From Candidatus Omnitrophota bacterium (GTDB lineage: Bacteria > Omnitrophota > Gorgyraeia > JAFGHF01): 64,000 nucleotides of DNA. A model generated the notes under the pieces. The model was not told the DNA's origin. It worked only from the letters and a program-made list of their open reading frames with translations, and searched no databases. Made by a program: the position numbers and the translations under genes. The DNA is taken from assembly GCA_043805735.1 (NCBI GenBank), contig JAZDHS010000022.1, positions 38,950 through 102,949 of the forward strand, written 5' to 3'. This document shows, piece after piece, positions 1 to 8,180 of the stretch (positions are counted from its first letter, which is position 1; each line of letters opens with the position of its first letter).

Positions 1-628
1 CGCGCAGCTGTTCGAGCTTTTCCGCCTGTTCCAATTCCCCAATGGGTAAATTTTTAAACGTAAAGAGGAAATCTTTCGTATAGGCATAAAGCCCGATGTG
101 CTTATAAAAATTAAACTCCGGCGCGCAAGCATCGGCATCCCTAACATAGGGAATGGTTGAGCGCGAAAAATAAAGCGCAAAGTTACGTTTGTCTTTAACC
201 ACTTTTACGACGCTGGGATTGTTTAATTCGCTGTTATCGCTGATTTTACGGATTACCGTGGCCATCGGGATAGTTTCGTCATCACTAAGGCAACGCACCA
301 ATTCGTCAATCATCGAGAAATGGATTAGCGGCTCATCAGCCTGGATATTCAAAACAATAGCGGCATCGATCGGATTGGCTACCTCGGCAATCCGATCGGT
401 TCCGGAAGTGTGTTCTTTGGCCGTAATCACGACCTTGCCGCCGAAAGACTCTACTGCCCGCACCACCCGTTCATCATCGGTAGCTACAATGAGCTCATCG
501 AGCAGCCTGCTCTTTAAGGCCTCTTCGTAGACATATTGAATCAACGGTTTTCCCAATAGCTCTGCCAAAACCTTCCCCGGAAAACGGCTGGCCTCGTAAC
601 GCGCGGGGATAACACCAATGGCTTTCAC
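1..628 (-). CDS. kdsB: 3-deoxy-manno-octulosonate cytidylyltransferase (3' end runs off the window)
   Basis: Not in the ORF track. Manual translation from GTG at 628 gives MKAIGVIPARYEASRFPGKVLAELLGKPLIQYVYE, then the VATDD, HTSGTDR, NIQADEP and KHIGLYAY motifs of CMP-Kdo synthetase; LPS context. Confidence 0.93.
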   Translation of the reverse strand, partial: MKAIGVIPARYEASRFPGKVLAELLGKPLIQYVYEEALKSRLLDELIVATDDERVVRAVESFGGKVVITAKEHTSGTDRIAEVANPIDAAIVLNIQADEPLIHFSMIDELVRCLSDDETIPMATVIRKISDNSELNNPSVVKVVKDKRNFALYFSRSTIPYVRDADACAPEFNFYKHIGLYAYTKDFLFTFKNLPIGELEQAEKLEQLR

Positions 629-716
629 CCCGCCCTTCCTTTCCCGGCATTGCCAATATAAATACTGCTTCTGCTTAATTTCATCTGTATTGCTTTCTCA
701 GGAAGGGCGGGGTTCA
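624..716 (-). mobile_element. Family A junction element, copy 1 (short variant, 89-bp insert)
   Basis: Minus strand TGAA-CCCCGCCCTTCCT...AGGAAGGGCGGGG-TGAA between the HldE-kinase stop and the kdsB GTG; homologous to 22187-22318, 23988-24119 and 41521-41652. The repeat is seen directly; mobility is inferred. Confidence 0.8.
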
Positions 717-1700
717 TTGTATCGCCCTCTCCAACAGTTCTTCTTGCGTAGCCACAGCCACTCCCACTTTTCCGACCACAATTCCGGCCGCATAATTAGC
801 AATATACGCCGCCTCGACCATCGAGGCGCCGCTGGCCAAGGCCAGCGTTGCGGTGGCAATTACGGTATCGCCTGCCCCGGAAACATCAAATACTTCCTGA
901 GCCACCGTCGGGATATGTACCGAATGGCCGCTCTTTTCAAACAGGCGCATCCCGTTTTCACCCAAGGTCACCAATACCGCCTCGGCATTCTGGCTGGCTA
1001 AAAGCGCCCGTCCGGCCACCTCCAGCTCCTGGTCATTTTTAATCTCTTCGCCGATGGCCTTGGCCAGCTCTTGGTGATTCGGGGTAATCAAGGTCACATT
1101 TTGATAATAGGCAAAATGGTTCTCTTTCGGGTCCACGCTGATAATTTTTTTATGCTTATGCGCCAAAAAAACAATCTCCTGAATCAGCCGGGGAACGACC
1201 GCCCCCTTGCCGTAATCTTCCACTACTATCGCATCAATTTCGTTGATCTTTTCGCGCAAAAAGGTGAGCATTTGTCCGATAATATTATCGTCCACCTCTT
1301 CGACTTTTTCGCGGTCAATGCGCACTACCTGCTGGTGATGGGCAATCACACGGGTCTTTAAAGTCGTCGGGCGCTGGGAATCAATAATAATGCCCTCGAC
1401 ATCGATATTTTTCCGCCTTAGTTCTTCGGTTAAAACCCGCCCGCGCTCATCAGCGCCAATTACACCGCAGAGATATACGGTCCCGCCCAAGGCGTGAATA
1501 TTATTGGCCACATTCGAAGCGCCGCCGGGCATAAAAGATTCGGAATTGACCCAAACTACCGGTACCGGCGCCTCAGGAGAAATCCGGTTGACTTTACCCC
1601 AGATAAACTCATCAAGGATCAGATCCCCGATTACGAGAATCTTCACATTTTTAAAGTTTTTGATTATTTTCTTTGCTGATTCCTGGTCATACCCTTTCAT
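714..1700 (-). CDS. rfaE1: D-glycero-beta-D-manno-heptose-7-phosphate kinase (RfaE domain I, PfkB family)
   Basis: GDLILDEFIWGKVNRISPEAPVPVV, PGGASNVA, DYGKG and DVSGAGDTV motifs; no adenylyltransferase domain. Confidence 0.93.
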   Translation of the reverse strand: MKGYDQESAKKIIKNFKNVKILVIGDLILDEFIWGKVNRISPEAPVPVVWVNSESFMPGGASNVANNIHALGGTVYLCGVIGADERGRVLTEELRRKNIDVEGIIIDSQRPTTLKTRVIAHHQQVVRIDREKVEEVDDNIIGQMLTFLREKINEIDAIVVEDYGKGAVVPRLIQEIVFLAHKHKKIISVDPKENHFAYYQNVTLITPNHQELAKAIGEEIKNDQELEVAGRALLASQNAEAVLVTLGENGMRLFEKSGHSVHIPTVAQEVFDVSGAGDTVIATATLALASGASMVEAAYIANYAAGIVVGKVGVAVATQEELLERAIQ

Positions 1701-1720
1701 CCCTTAACTCCTTAATGAGC

Positions 1721-1849
1721 GCTTGATTTACAGAGCACGAAGTGCGAGGTAAATCAAGCTACTTTAGGAATTCTTCTTTAGTTTGTGCGAATTAGCCCCA
1801 AAGCATGCTCGAAGATTTCACAGAAATCTTCGAGCGGTCATGCGAGGGG
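1721..1849. repeat. Two long hairpins in the predicted 5' leader of rfaE1
   Basis: GCTTGATTTAC/GTAAATCAAGC (1721-1759) and GCTCGAAGATTTC-ACA-GAAATCTTCGAGC with outer pairing (1796-1849). Confidence 0.7.
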
Positions 1850-1881
1850 TAAACTTTTATTGGGCTGTCAACAGAAGTCAT

Positions 1882-1910
1882 ATTTTAGCATTTTCATCAG
1901 AGGCAGTCAA
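1882..1910 (-). promoter_or_regulatory. Sigma70-type promoter upstream of rfaE1-kdsB
   Basis: TTGACT-17 nt-TAAAAT on the minus strand. Confidence 0.6.
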
Positions 1911-1915
1911 GCGAA

Positions 1916-2950
1916 TTAGTGCTGGAGAATCTTACCGGCCGCGGCCAGCGCTTCCTCAGGCGTAATCGCCTTAATGCAGGCAAAACCCTGGCGGCAAAGA
2001 TGGGCCAGGCAAGCCTGACAAGCGCTATCTTTATGCAGCACTACGTCCGCCTCACCCACTGGTCCCCAGCGGCGCGGACTTAACCCTGGCTGGCGACGGC
2101 CAAAAATAGCGATTACCGGCACCGCCAATGCCGAGGCAATGTGTACCGGGCCACTGTCGTTGGAGATAAAGAGCGCGCAGCGGCGCAAAAGACTGGCCAG
2201 TTGGCTCACGGAAGTCTTACCGCAGGCATCAATCGCGGGGCGCTCTAATTGATGAATCAGCTCTTGAGCGATGGCGACATGCTCCGGAGCGCTCACGACG
2301 ACAATCTTAGCCGCATATTGGCGCTGGAGCGCGTTAGCCACACGGGCAAAATGCTCCACCGGCCAAATCTTAGACCGACAACTAGCCGCCGGATGAATAG
2401 CGATTAAGCGTTGCCCTTTTTGCCATCCCTGGGAAGCTAAAAAGTCATCAACGTATTGTTCACTCTCCTTGCGTATCGGCATATACAAAGACTGGTCGAC
2501 CAGCGAAACGCCCAAGCGCTTAAGCATATCCAGCGTATAATCACGTTCGTGTTTAAGGCCGAGCTGTTTTTCATGCTTAATTTTATCGCTAAGCAAGAAA
2601 CTCATTTTTCGGTCATAGCCAATCCTGGTTTTGATCCCGGCTAAAAAGGCAATGATATGCACCCGATTGGTCGGATGCAGCATCAAAGCCAGGTTAAATC
2701 TTTTCCGGCGCAAGGAAAGCGCAAACAGCAGCGTCCGGAAAAAACTACGCTGCGCCGCATCTTTATCATAGACTATTACTTCATTAATATAAGGATTGCC
2801 CAAGACCACATCCTGGGCATACGGCCGGACCATCACGGCAATGTAACTCTCGGGAAAATTCAAGCGCAGGGTTTTCAACACCGGCGTCGAAAGCACAACA
2901 TCGCCGATGCGGTCGGTCCGGGTGACTAAAATCCGTTTAATTTGTCCCAT
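1916..2950 (-). CDS. GT9 family LPS heptosyltransferase (WaaF/WaaQ-like)
   Basis: RTDRIGDVVLSTP, HPAAS..K.W and ISNDSGPVHIA motifs. Confidence 0.9.
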   Translation of the reverse strand: MGQIKRILVTRTDRIGDVVLSTPVLKTLRLNFPESYIAVMVRPYAQDVVLGNPYINEVIVYDKDAAQRSFFRTLLFALSLRRKRFNLALMLHPTNRVHIIAFLAGIKTRIGYDRKMSFLLSDKIKHEKQLGLKHERDYTLDMLKRLGVSLVDQSLYMPIRKESEQYVDDFLASQGWQKGQRLIAIHPAASCRSKIWPVEHFARVANALQRQYAAKIVVVSAPEHVAIAQELIHQLERPAIDACGKTSVSQLASLLRRCALFISNDSGPVHIASALAVPVIAIFGRRQPGLSPRRWGPVGEADVVLHKDSACQACLAHLCRQGFACIKAITPEEALAAAGKILQH

Positions 2951-3920
2951 TTAAAACTTCCTTACACGCCGTAAACACCTCATCGGCACTAATTGCGATC
3001 AGGCACTCTCTGGTGTTTTTTGGGCAAAGAGACTCCCCGCATGGTGAGCAGGCCAGCTCTTTACGCATTACTATATTGCGCGCCCCTTGCGGGGCATACT
3101 TGCAATAATCGGTCGGGCCAAAAATAGCAATTACCGGAGTATTCACTGCCCAGGCAATATGCATCGGGGCAGAATCATTGGAAATCACTAACGAACATTT
3201 GGATAAGAGGCAAGCCAGCTGGGTAATCGTAATCTCGCCACAGGTATTTACCGCGTCGGCTACCGCGGCGCTGATCTGCTGCGCTAAAGAATAGTCATCG
3301 GTATCGCCAACCATCACAATTTTTGCTTTATATTCTTGGGCTAAGCGGCGCACCAATTCGGTATATCCGCTTTTCTCCCATGATTTGGTTTTATTGCGCG
3401 CCCCCGGGGCAATCGCGACTACCCGTTGACCGGAGCCAATCTGCCAGCTTTGCCACAGCCGCTCAACTGCCTTCTCATCATCGGCGTTCCACTCAAGCGA
3501 CGGCCCTTGTACCGCCTGAGTTTCGATACCCAGCACGTTAAGTTTCCAAAGATGCCGGGTGAGCATATGTTTAAGCGCCGGCGGTGCCTTGACGCCCAGG
3601 GGCGTATGCTGGGCAATGCCAAGAAAAAAACCAAAGGCCGAATTGCGTAAGTCAATCAGCAAATCGTAGCGCTTACGCCGCAGATCAACCAGTAAAGATA
3701 ATTTCTTGCGTAGCGGCGCCCGTTTATCATAGACAATCACCTCATTTACCCGGCGGTCATGCGTAAAGACATCACGGGCGCGCGGGCCAACCAGCACCGC
3801 CAACTCAGCCACGGGGAAAACCCGGCGCAGGGCCGCAATCACGGGTGTAGTCAGCACGGCATCCCCGATATTACTTAAGGTAATTACTAAAATCTTTTTA
3901 ACCCGCTCTTTTCTAATCAT
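2937..3920 (-). CDS. GT9 family glycosyltransferase
   Basis: LSNIGDAVLTTP and SNDSAPMHIA..FGPT motifs. Confidence 0.9.
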   Translation of the reverse strand: MIRKERVKKILVITLSNIGDAVLTTPVIAALRRVFPVAELAVLVGPRARDVFTHDRRVNEVIVYDKRAPLRKKLSLLVDLRRKRYDLLIDLRNSAFGFFLGIAQHTPLGVKAPPALKHMLTRHLWKLNVLGIETQAVQGPSLEWNADDEKAVERLWQSWQIGSGQRVVAIAPGARNKTKSWEKSGYTELVRRLAQEYKAKIVMVGDTDDYSLAQQISAAVADAVNTCGEITITQLACLLSKCSLVISNDSAPMHIAWAVNTPVIAIFGPTDYCKYAPQGARNIVMRKELACSPCGESLCPKNTRECLIAISADEVFTACKEVLNGTN

Positions 3921-4933
3921 TTTTTGCTCAGCAGTTTTTCCGCGGCCGAGAGCACGTCTTCAACGGTAATCGCCTGCATACAAAAATTTTGCCGGCATTT
4001 AAGTTCGTAACAGGGTATTTGGCAGTCGGTATTCTTATTAATGACAAAGTAGTTTCCGCCGCCATAGGGGCCGGTAATCAGCGGATCGGTCGGCCCAAAC
4101 AGGGCAATGACCTTGGCCTTTTGGCTGAGCGCGATATGCATCGGCCCGGAATCGTTGGCCACCACCAAATCGGCTTTGGCTAATAAGGCGGCCAGCTCAC
4201 CCAGCGTTGTCTTGGCGCAGAATATCACCGGGCGTTGCCTCATCTGCCCGGCAATTGCTTGGGCTAATGCCAAATCATTTTCGGCTCCGGTTATCAACAC
4301 CTTGGCCTGATATTTTTCACTCAATTCGTCACCCAACCGGCTAAAATTTTCTTTTGGCCAGCGTTTTAAACCCCAATTGCCTCCCGGATTAAGCACGATC
4401 AAACGATCAGCTGCTTTCAGGTCGTGCTCGCTTAAAAGCTGGTCAATAAATTTTTTGTCATCATCATCAAGAAAGAACTCATACTCCTTGTGCGCCGTTT
4501 CGATACCCAAGGCCCGGGCAAGATTTAAAAAATACTCTACTTTATGTAAACGTTCCATGGGTGCAGTAATGCGCCGGGTCAGCAGCCACCCTCTTTTTTT
4601 GGAATTATAACCGATACGCTCAGGAATACCGGCAAGAAAGCATAATAACGCGCGCGTAAGCGAGCGGTGTAGAAAAAACACCGCGGTAAAACGCCGCCGG
4701 CGCAACTGGCCGATCAATTTCAGTTTTCCCCAAAACCCTTTGTGCGGTCCTTCCTCATCGAAGACAATCACCTCATTAAGCCGGGGGTTATGTTCTAAGA
4801 TCTCCACACAGCGCGGGACGACCAGCGCGGCAATAAAACTCTGCGGATATTTGTCGCGCAACGCCCGGATCAAGGGCGTAGAAAACAGTACATCACCCCG
4901 CCAATTCTGGGTCACAATCAATATTCTTTCCAT
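3917..4933 (-). CDS. waaF: GT9 family LPS heptosyltransferase II-like
   Basis: QNWRGDVLFSTP, NPGGNWGLKRW and NDSGPMHIA motifs; start placed at ATG 4933, which overlaps the upstream TAA. Confidence 0.8.
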   Translation of the reverse strand: MERILIVTQNWRGDVLFSTPLIRALRDKYPQSFIAALVVPRCVEILEHNPRLNEVIVFDEEGPHKGFWGKLKLIGQLRRRRFTAVFFLHRSLTRALLCFLAGIPERIGYNSKKRGWLLTRRITAPMERLHKVEYFLNLARALGIETAHKEYEFFLDDDDKKFIDQLLSEHDLKAADRLIVLNPGGNWGLKRWPKENFSRLGDELSEKYQAKVLITGAENDLALAQAIAGQMRQRPVIFCAKTTLGELAALLAKADLVVANDSGPMHIALSQKAKVIALFGPTDPLITGPYGGGNYFVINKNTDCQIPCYELKCRQNFCMQAITVEDVLSAAEKLLSKK

Positions 4934-6048
4934 TAGCACTGAGGCCCTTTCCCTATTTCCTGATAAACCCGCTCAATCCCGTCAACCATCTGGGCTAAGG
5001 TAAATTTTTCCCGTGCCTGTTGGGCCGCGGCCCGCCCCAATGTTGCGGCCAAGGCATTATCATGCAGAAGGCGCAGTATCGCCTGAGCCAAGGCCAAGGG
5101 GTCCCGAGGTTTGACTAACAAGCCGTTTTCTCCATCCTTGATTAACGAACCGATACCACCGACTTTGCTGGCAACAACGGCCAGTCCCATCGCCTGGGCT
5201 TCAATAATTGCTAGACCTAAGCCCTCCATCAGCGAAGGCAAAACAAACACATCGATACAAGCAAGGGCCTTACTGGTGTCCGGCGTTGCCGGGCTAAAGA
5301 TCACATTTTGTCCTATGCCCAGCTCTTTTACCAGCTCCTGCAATGGCTTCCTCTCCGGGCCATCGCCCACCAGCAACAGCTGCGCCCGGGGAAATTCCGC
5401 GAGGATCCGCGGCAAGGCCAAGAGCAAATAGCGCTGCCCTTTCACCGAGGACAATCGCCCAATGCTTCCGATAACCGGCGCATCAGGCCTTAAACCCAAT
5501 TCGCTTTTAGATGTATCTTTCTGCTGACGGTTATATCTTTGCGCAGAAAATTTTTCAATTTCTACGCCGTTATGAACTATGACCACGCGGTCTTTAGGAA
5601 TTCTAAAATCATTGATCAGATGCTCCTCAACCGCTTGGCTAATCGCAATCGAGCGTTCACCCCAACAAGGCCACAGCTTTCGCCATAAACGCGGTTTAAA
5701 AAAACCGTGGCAAGTGGCAACATAAGCAACAGTGAGTTTTCGCGAAAGAACCTGCGCCAATACCTGCGTGACTCGGGTGTGCGCATGCAGTACCTCAATC
5801 TTGTTTTGGCGAATAATCGCGCCCAGCTGAACAAATGCCGCCAGAAGCTTGGGATGCAGCTCAGATTTTGTTTGCAGGTCAACGGTAATATGCGTTACGC
5901 CGCCGGCGGCCAGCGTAGAAACTAAATCTCCTCCCGAAGAAACCACGATCACCCGATGCCCTTTGCGTACCAGCCCTTTTGCTAAAGACGAGACATAGAC
6001 TGCAATACCGCCAAGATTCAAGTGAGTTGTCAATAACAGAATACGCAT
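4933..6048 (-). CDS. GT4 family glycosyltransferase
   Basis: GGIAVYV, IGRLSSVKG and PSLMEGLGLAIIEAQAMG motifs. Confidence 0.92.
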   Translation of the reverse strand: MRILLLTTHLNLGGIAVYVSSLAKGLVRKGHRVIVVSSGGDLVSTLAAGGVTHITVDLQTKSELHPKLLAAFVQLGAIIRQNKIEVLHAHTRVTQVLAQVLSRKLTVAYVATCHGFFKPRLWRKLWPCWGERSIAISQAVEEHLINDFRIPKDRVVIVHNGVEIEKFSAQRYNRQQKDTSKSELGLRPDAPVIGSIGRLSSVKGQRYLLLALPRILAEFPRAQLLLVGDGPERKPLQELVKELGIGQNVIFSPATPDTSKALACIDVFVLPSLMEGLGLAIIEAQAMGLAVVASKVGGIGSLIKDGENGLLVKPRDPLALAQAILRLLHDNALAATLGRAAAQQAREKFTLAQMVDGIERVYQEIGKGPQC

Positions 6049-6053
6049 TGGTG

Positions 6054-6081
6054 TACGGTTTACGGTTTACGGTTTACGGTT
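6054..6081. repeat. Heptamer tandem repeat (TACGGTT)x4 spanning a stop codon
   Basis: Four perfect copies read directly. Confidence 0.9.
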
Positions 6082-8180
6082 GATCGAGCTTTTTGTTCCA
6101 ACAGGTGCATCACGGCTCGATAAACTTCTTCCGGTGTAATCTCCTGCATGCATTGGTTGGTCTTACAGCGTCTTTTGTAACAAGGAGCGCAAGGCAACTC
6201 TTTATGAATAATAACCTGTTTGGCCTGCACTAAGGCATGACGTTCGGGGCTAGTCGGGCCAAATAAGGCTACCACCGGGATTTTCATCGCATAGGCGATA
6301 TGCAGCGGCGCGCTATCGCCGGTAATATAGACGCTGCAGTGTTTCACCAGGCTGATTAATTGCCTAACGGAGGTCTCTCCGGTGGCCTGGATTATCGGCT
6401 GGGCCACAAGTGCTTCTAAGCGTTTAGCCAATTTTTCATCGCTGCCCTGGCCGGTAATCAAGATCTCCACTGGCCCAGATCGTAACTTTTTTATCAGTAG
6501 CGCATAATTTTCCAGCGCCCATCTTTTTGTCGGCCATTTAACGCTTGAGCCCAAATTGATGCCGATCAGCGGGCGGTCGCGGTTAATTTTTGCCTTTTCC
6601 AGAAAGTAATCGGCCCAGGCCTGGTCCTCTTTATCCGGCCAAAGCGCCAAATCCTCTTCGACCTTGGTGATCCCCAAAAGCGCCAAGGTCCGCGCCTGGT
6701 GCGCAACCGGAGCAAGCGCAGACTTAAGCGGCCGGACTTTTTCATTTAAAAGAAAACTAAACTTGCCGTTGTGATATCCGTATCTTTTCGGCGCCCCGCT
6801 TAAATAGGCTAAGAGATGGCTGCGCCGGTTATTCTGCAGGTCGAAAGCAAAATCAAAATACTTTTGCCGCAGGCGTTGGGAGAACCTGAGCAAATCCCGA
6901 AAAGCAGTTTTCTGCGGAGAAAACTCCAGCACCTCATTGATATACGGGCAGCCTCTGAGTACCTGGGCATAAGCCTTGTTGACCGCAACGGCAATATGCC
7001 CTTGCGGAAATTTTTCGCGCAGTGCACGCAAAGAAGGAATAGCCAGGATAACGTCTCCCAGCGCACTTAATTTGATTACCAGAATTCTCGGGCAGGCGAG
7101 AACCTCCTCATAGACGGCAATCGTCTTGTCGGCCATCAGTTTAAGCGAGAATTTCTGTTCCACGTTTTTACGGGCGGTGAAGGCAAAACGCTGCCTTAAT
7201 TCGGGGGCCTTATAGAGCGCGATAATCGCCTTGGCCAATTCTTCGCTGTTTCCGGGTGGGACCAGTTTTCCGTTTACGCCGTCCTCGACAATGTCGACTA
7301 TTCCGCCAACCTGCGTAGCGATAACCGGCACACCACAGGCCCCGGCCTCAATCAGCACCCGGCCAAAGGCCTCCTGTGTTAGCGTCGGCAGGACTAAGAG
7401 ATCAAGGCCAGATAATACGGCGGGTATATTATCCAGCTGACCGCTAAATTTTACATAAGGAGATAAACCCAGTCTTCTGGTGAGCATTTTGAGCTCTTCC
7501 TTATATTGCTCTTTTCCCGGTGAGGCCTCACCGACAATCAGGACCTTTACTTTGGGAATAACCCGGATCACCCGGGCAATGGCCTGCAAAAAATGAGTAT
7601 GGCCTTTAATGGGCGTGAGCCTGCTGATTAAACCGATTGTAAATTCGTCGCGGTCTTTACCAGGCGTTATTGCCTTCGGGCGGAAAATAAATTGCTCTAA
7701 GTCCACTCCCCGGGGAATAAAACGTAGCCGTTCTGGGGGTACGCCAAATTGTTCCTGCATATGCCGGGCAATGACGTTGCTCGAAACTATCACCAGTTTC
7801 CCCCAGCCCATTACGCGGCTGAAAAAACTGTTACTGTAATGGCCGTGACAGGTAGTCACAAAATGCACTCCGGCCTGACGGCTTGCCCAAAAAGCAATCA
7901 AGGCCGGAACTCTCGAGCGGGCGTGCACCAGATCAATCTTTTCCTCAACCAAAATTTTTGCCACTTTCGGGATAGCGCGCAGAATTGAAAACAGTGATTT
8001 CTGGTGTACCGCAAGACAATAATGCCGCGCCCCAGCTTTTTCCAGTTCCGCTACCAGCTTTCCGCCGTTGGAAATTACGATCGCTCTGTGCTTACGCAGC
8101 ACTAACTCCCGCGCTAAATCCACGCACCCGCGTTCAACGCCACCGATATTCAGCTCCGGGACAATCTGTAAAATATTCAT
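6060..8180 (-). CDS. Fused GT4 + GT9 glycosyltransferase
   Basis: N-half has GGVERG, RLTPIKG and EAFGRVLIEAGACG (GT4); C-half has KLSALGDVILAIP and GDSAPLHIA..FGPT (GT9). Confidence 0.9.
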   Translation of the reverse strand: MNILQIVPELNIGGVERGCVDLARELVLRKHRAIVISNGGKLVAELEKAGARHYCLAVHQKSLFSILRAIPKVAKILVEEKIDLVHARSRVPALIAFWASRQAGVHFVTTCHGHYSNSFFSRVMGWGKLVIVSSNVIARHMQEQFGVPPERLRFIPRGVDLEQFIFRPKAITPGKDRDEFTIGLISRLTPIKGHTHFLQAIARVIRVIPKVKVLIVGEASPGKEQYKEELKMLTRRLGLSPYVKFSGQLDNIPAVLSGLDLLVLPTLTQEAFGRVLIEAGACGVPVIATQVGGIVDIVEDGVNGKLVPPGNSEELAKAIIALYKAPELRQRFAFTARKNVEQKFSLKLMADKTIAVYEEVLACPRILVIKLSALGDVILAIPSLRALREKFPQGHIAVAVNKAYAQVLRGCPYINEVLEFSPQKTAFRDLLRFSQRLRQKYFDFAFDLQNNRRSHLLAYLSGAPKRYGYHNGKFSFLLNEKVRPLKSALAPVAHQARTLALLGITKVEEDLALWPDKEDQAWADYFLEKAKINRDRPLIGINLGSSVKWPTKRWALENYALLIKKLRSGPVEILITGQGSDEKLAKRLEALVAQPIIQATGETSVRQLISLVKHCSVYITGDSAPLHIAYAMKIPVVALFGPTSPERHALVQAKQVIIHKELPCAPCYKRRCKTNQCMQEITPEEVYRAVMHLLEQKARSTVNRKP

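Noticed and set aside
618-1001. + strand ORFs sharing the peptide LSRHCQYKYC.CLISS (618-1001 and 21857-22303)
   Set aside because: The shared peptide is the antisense reading of Family A copies 1 and 2; the frame is not conserved in copies 3 and 4, and the ORFs overlap real minus-strand genes.
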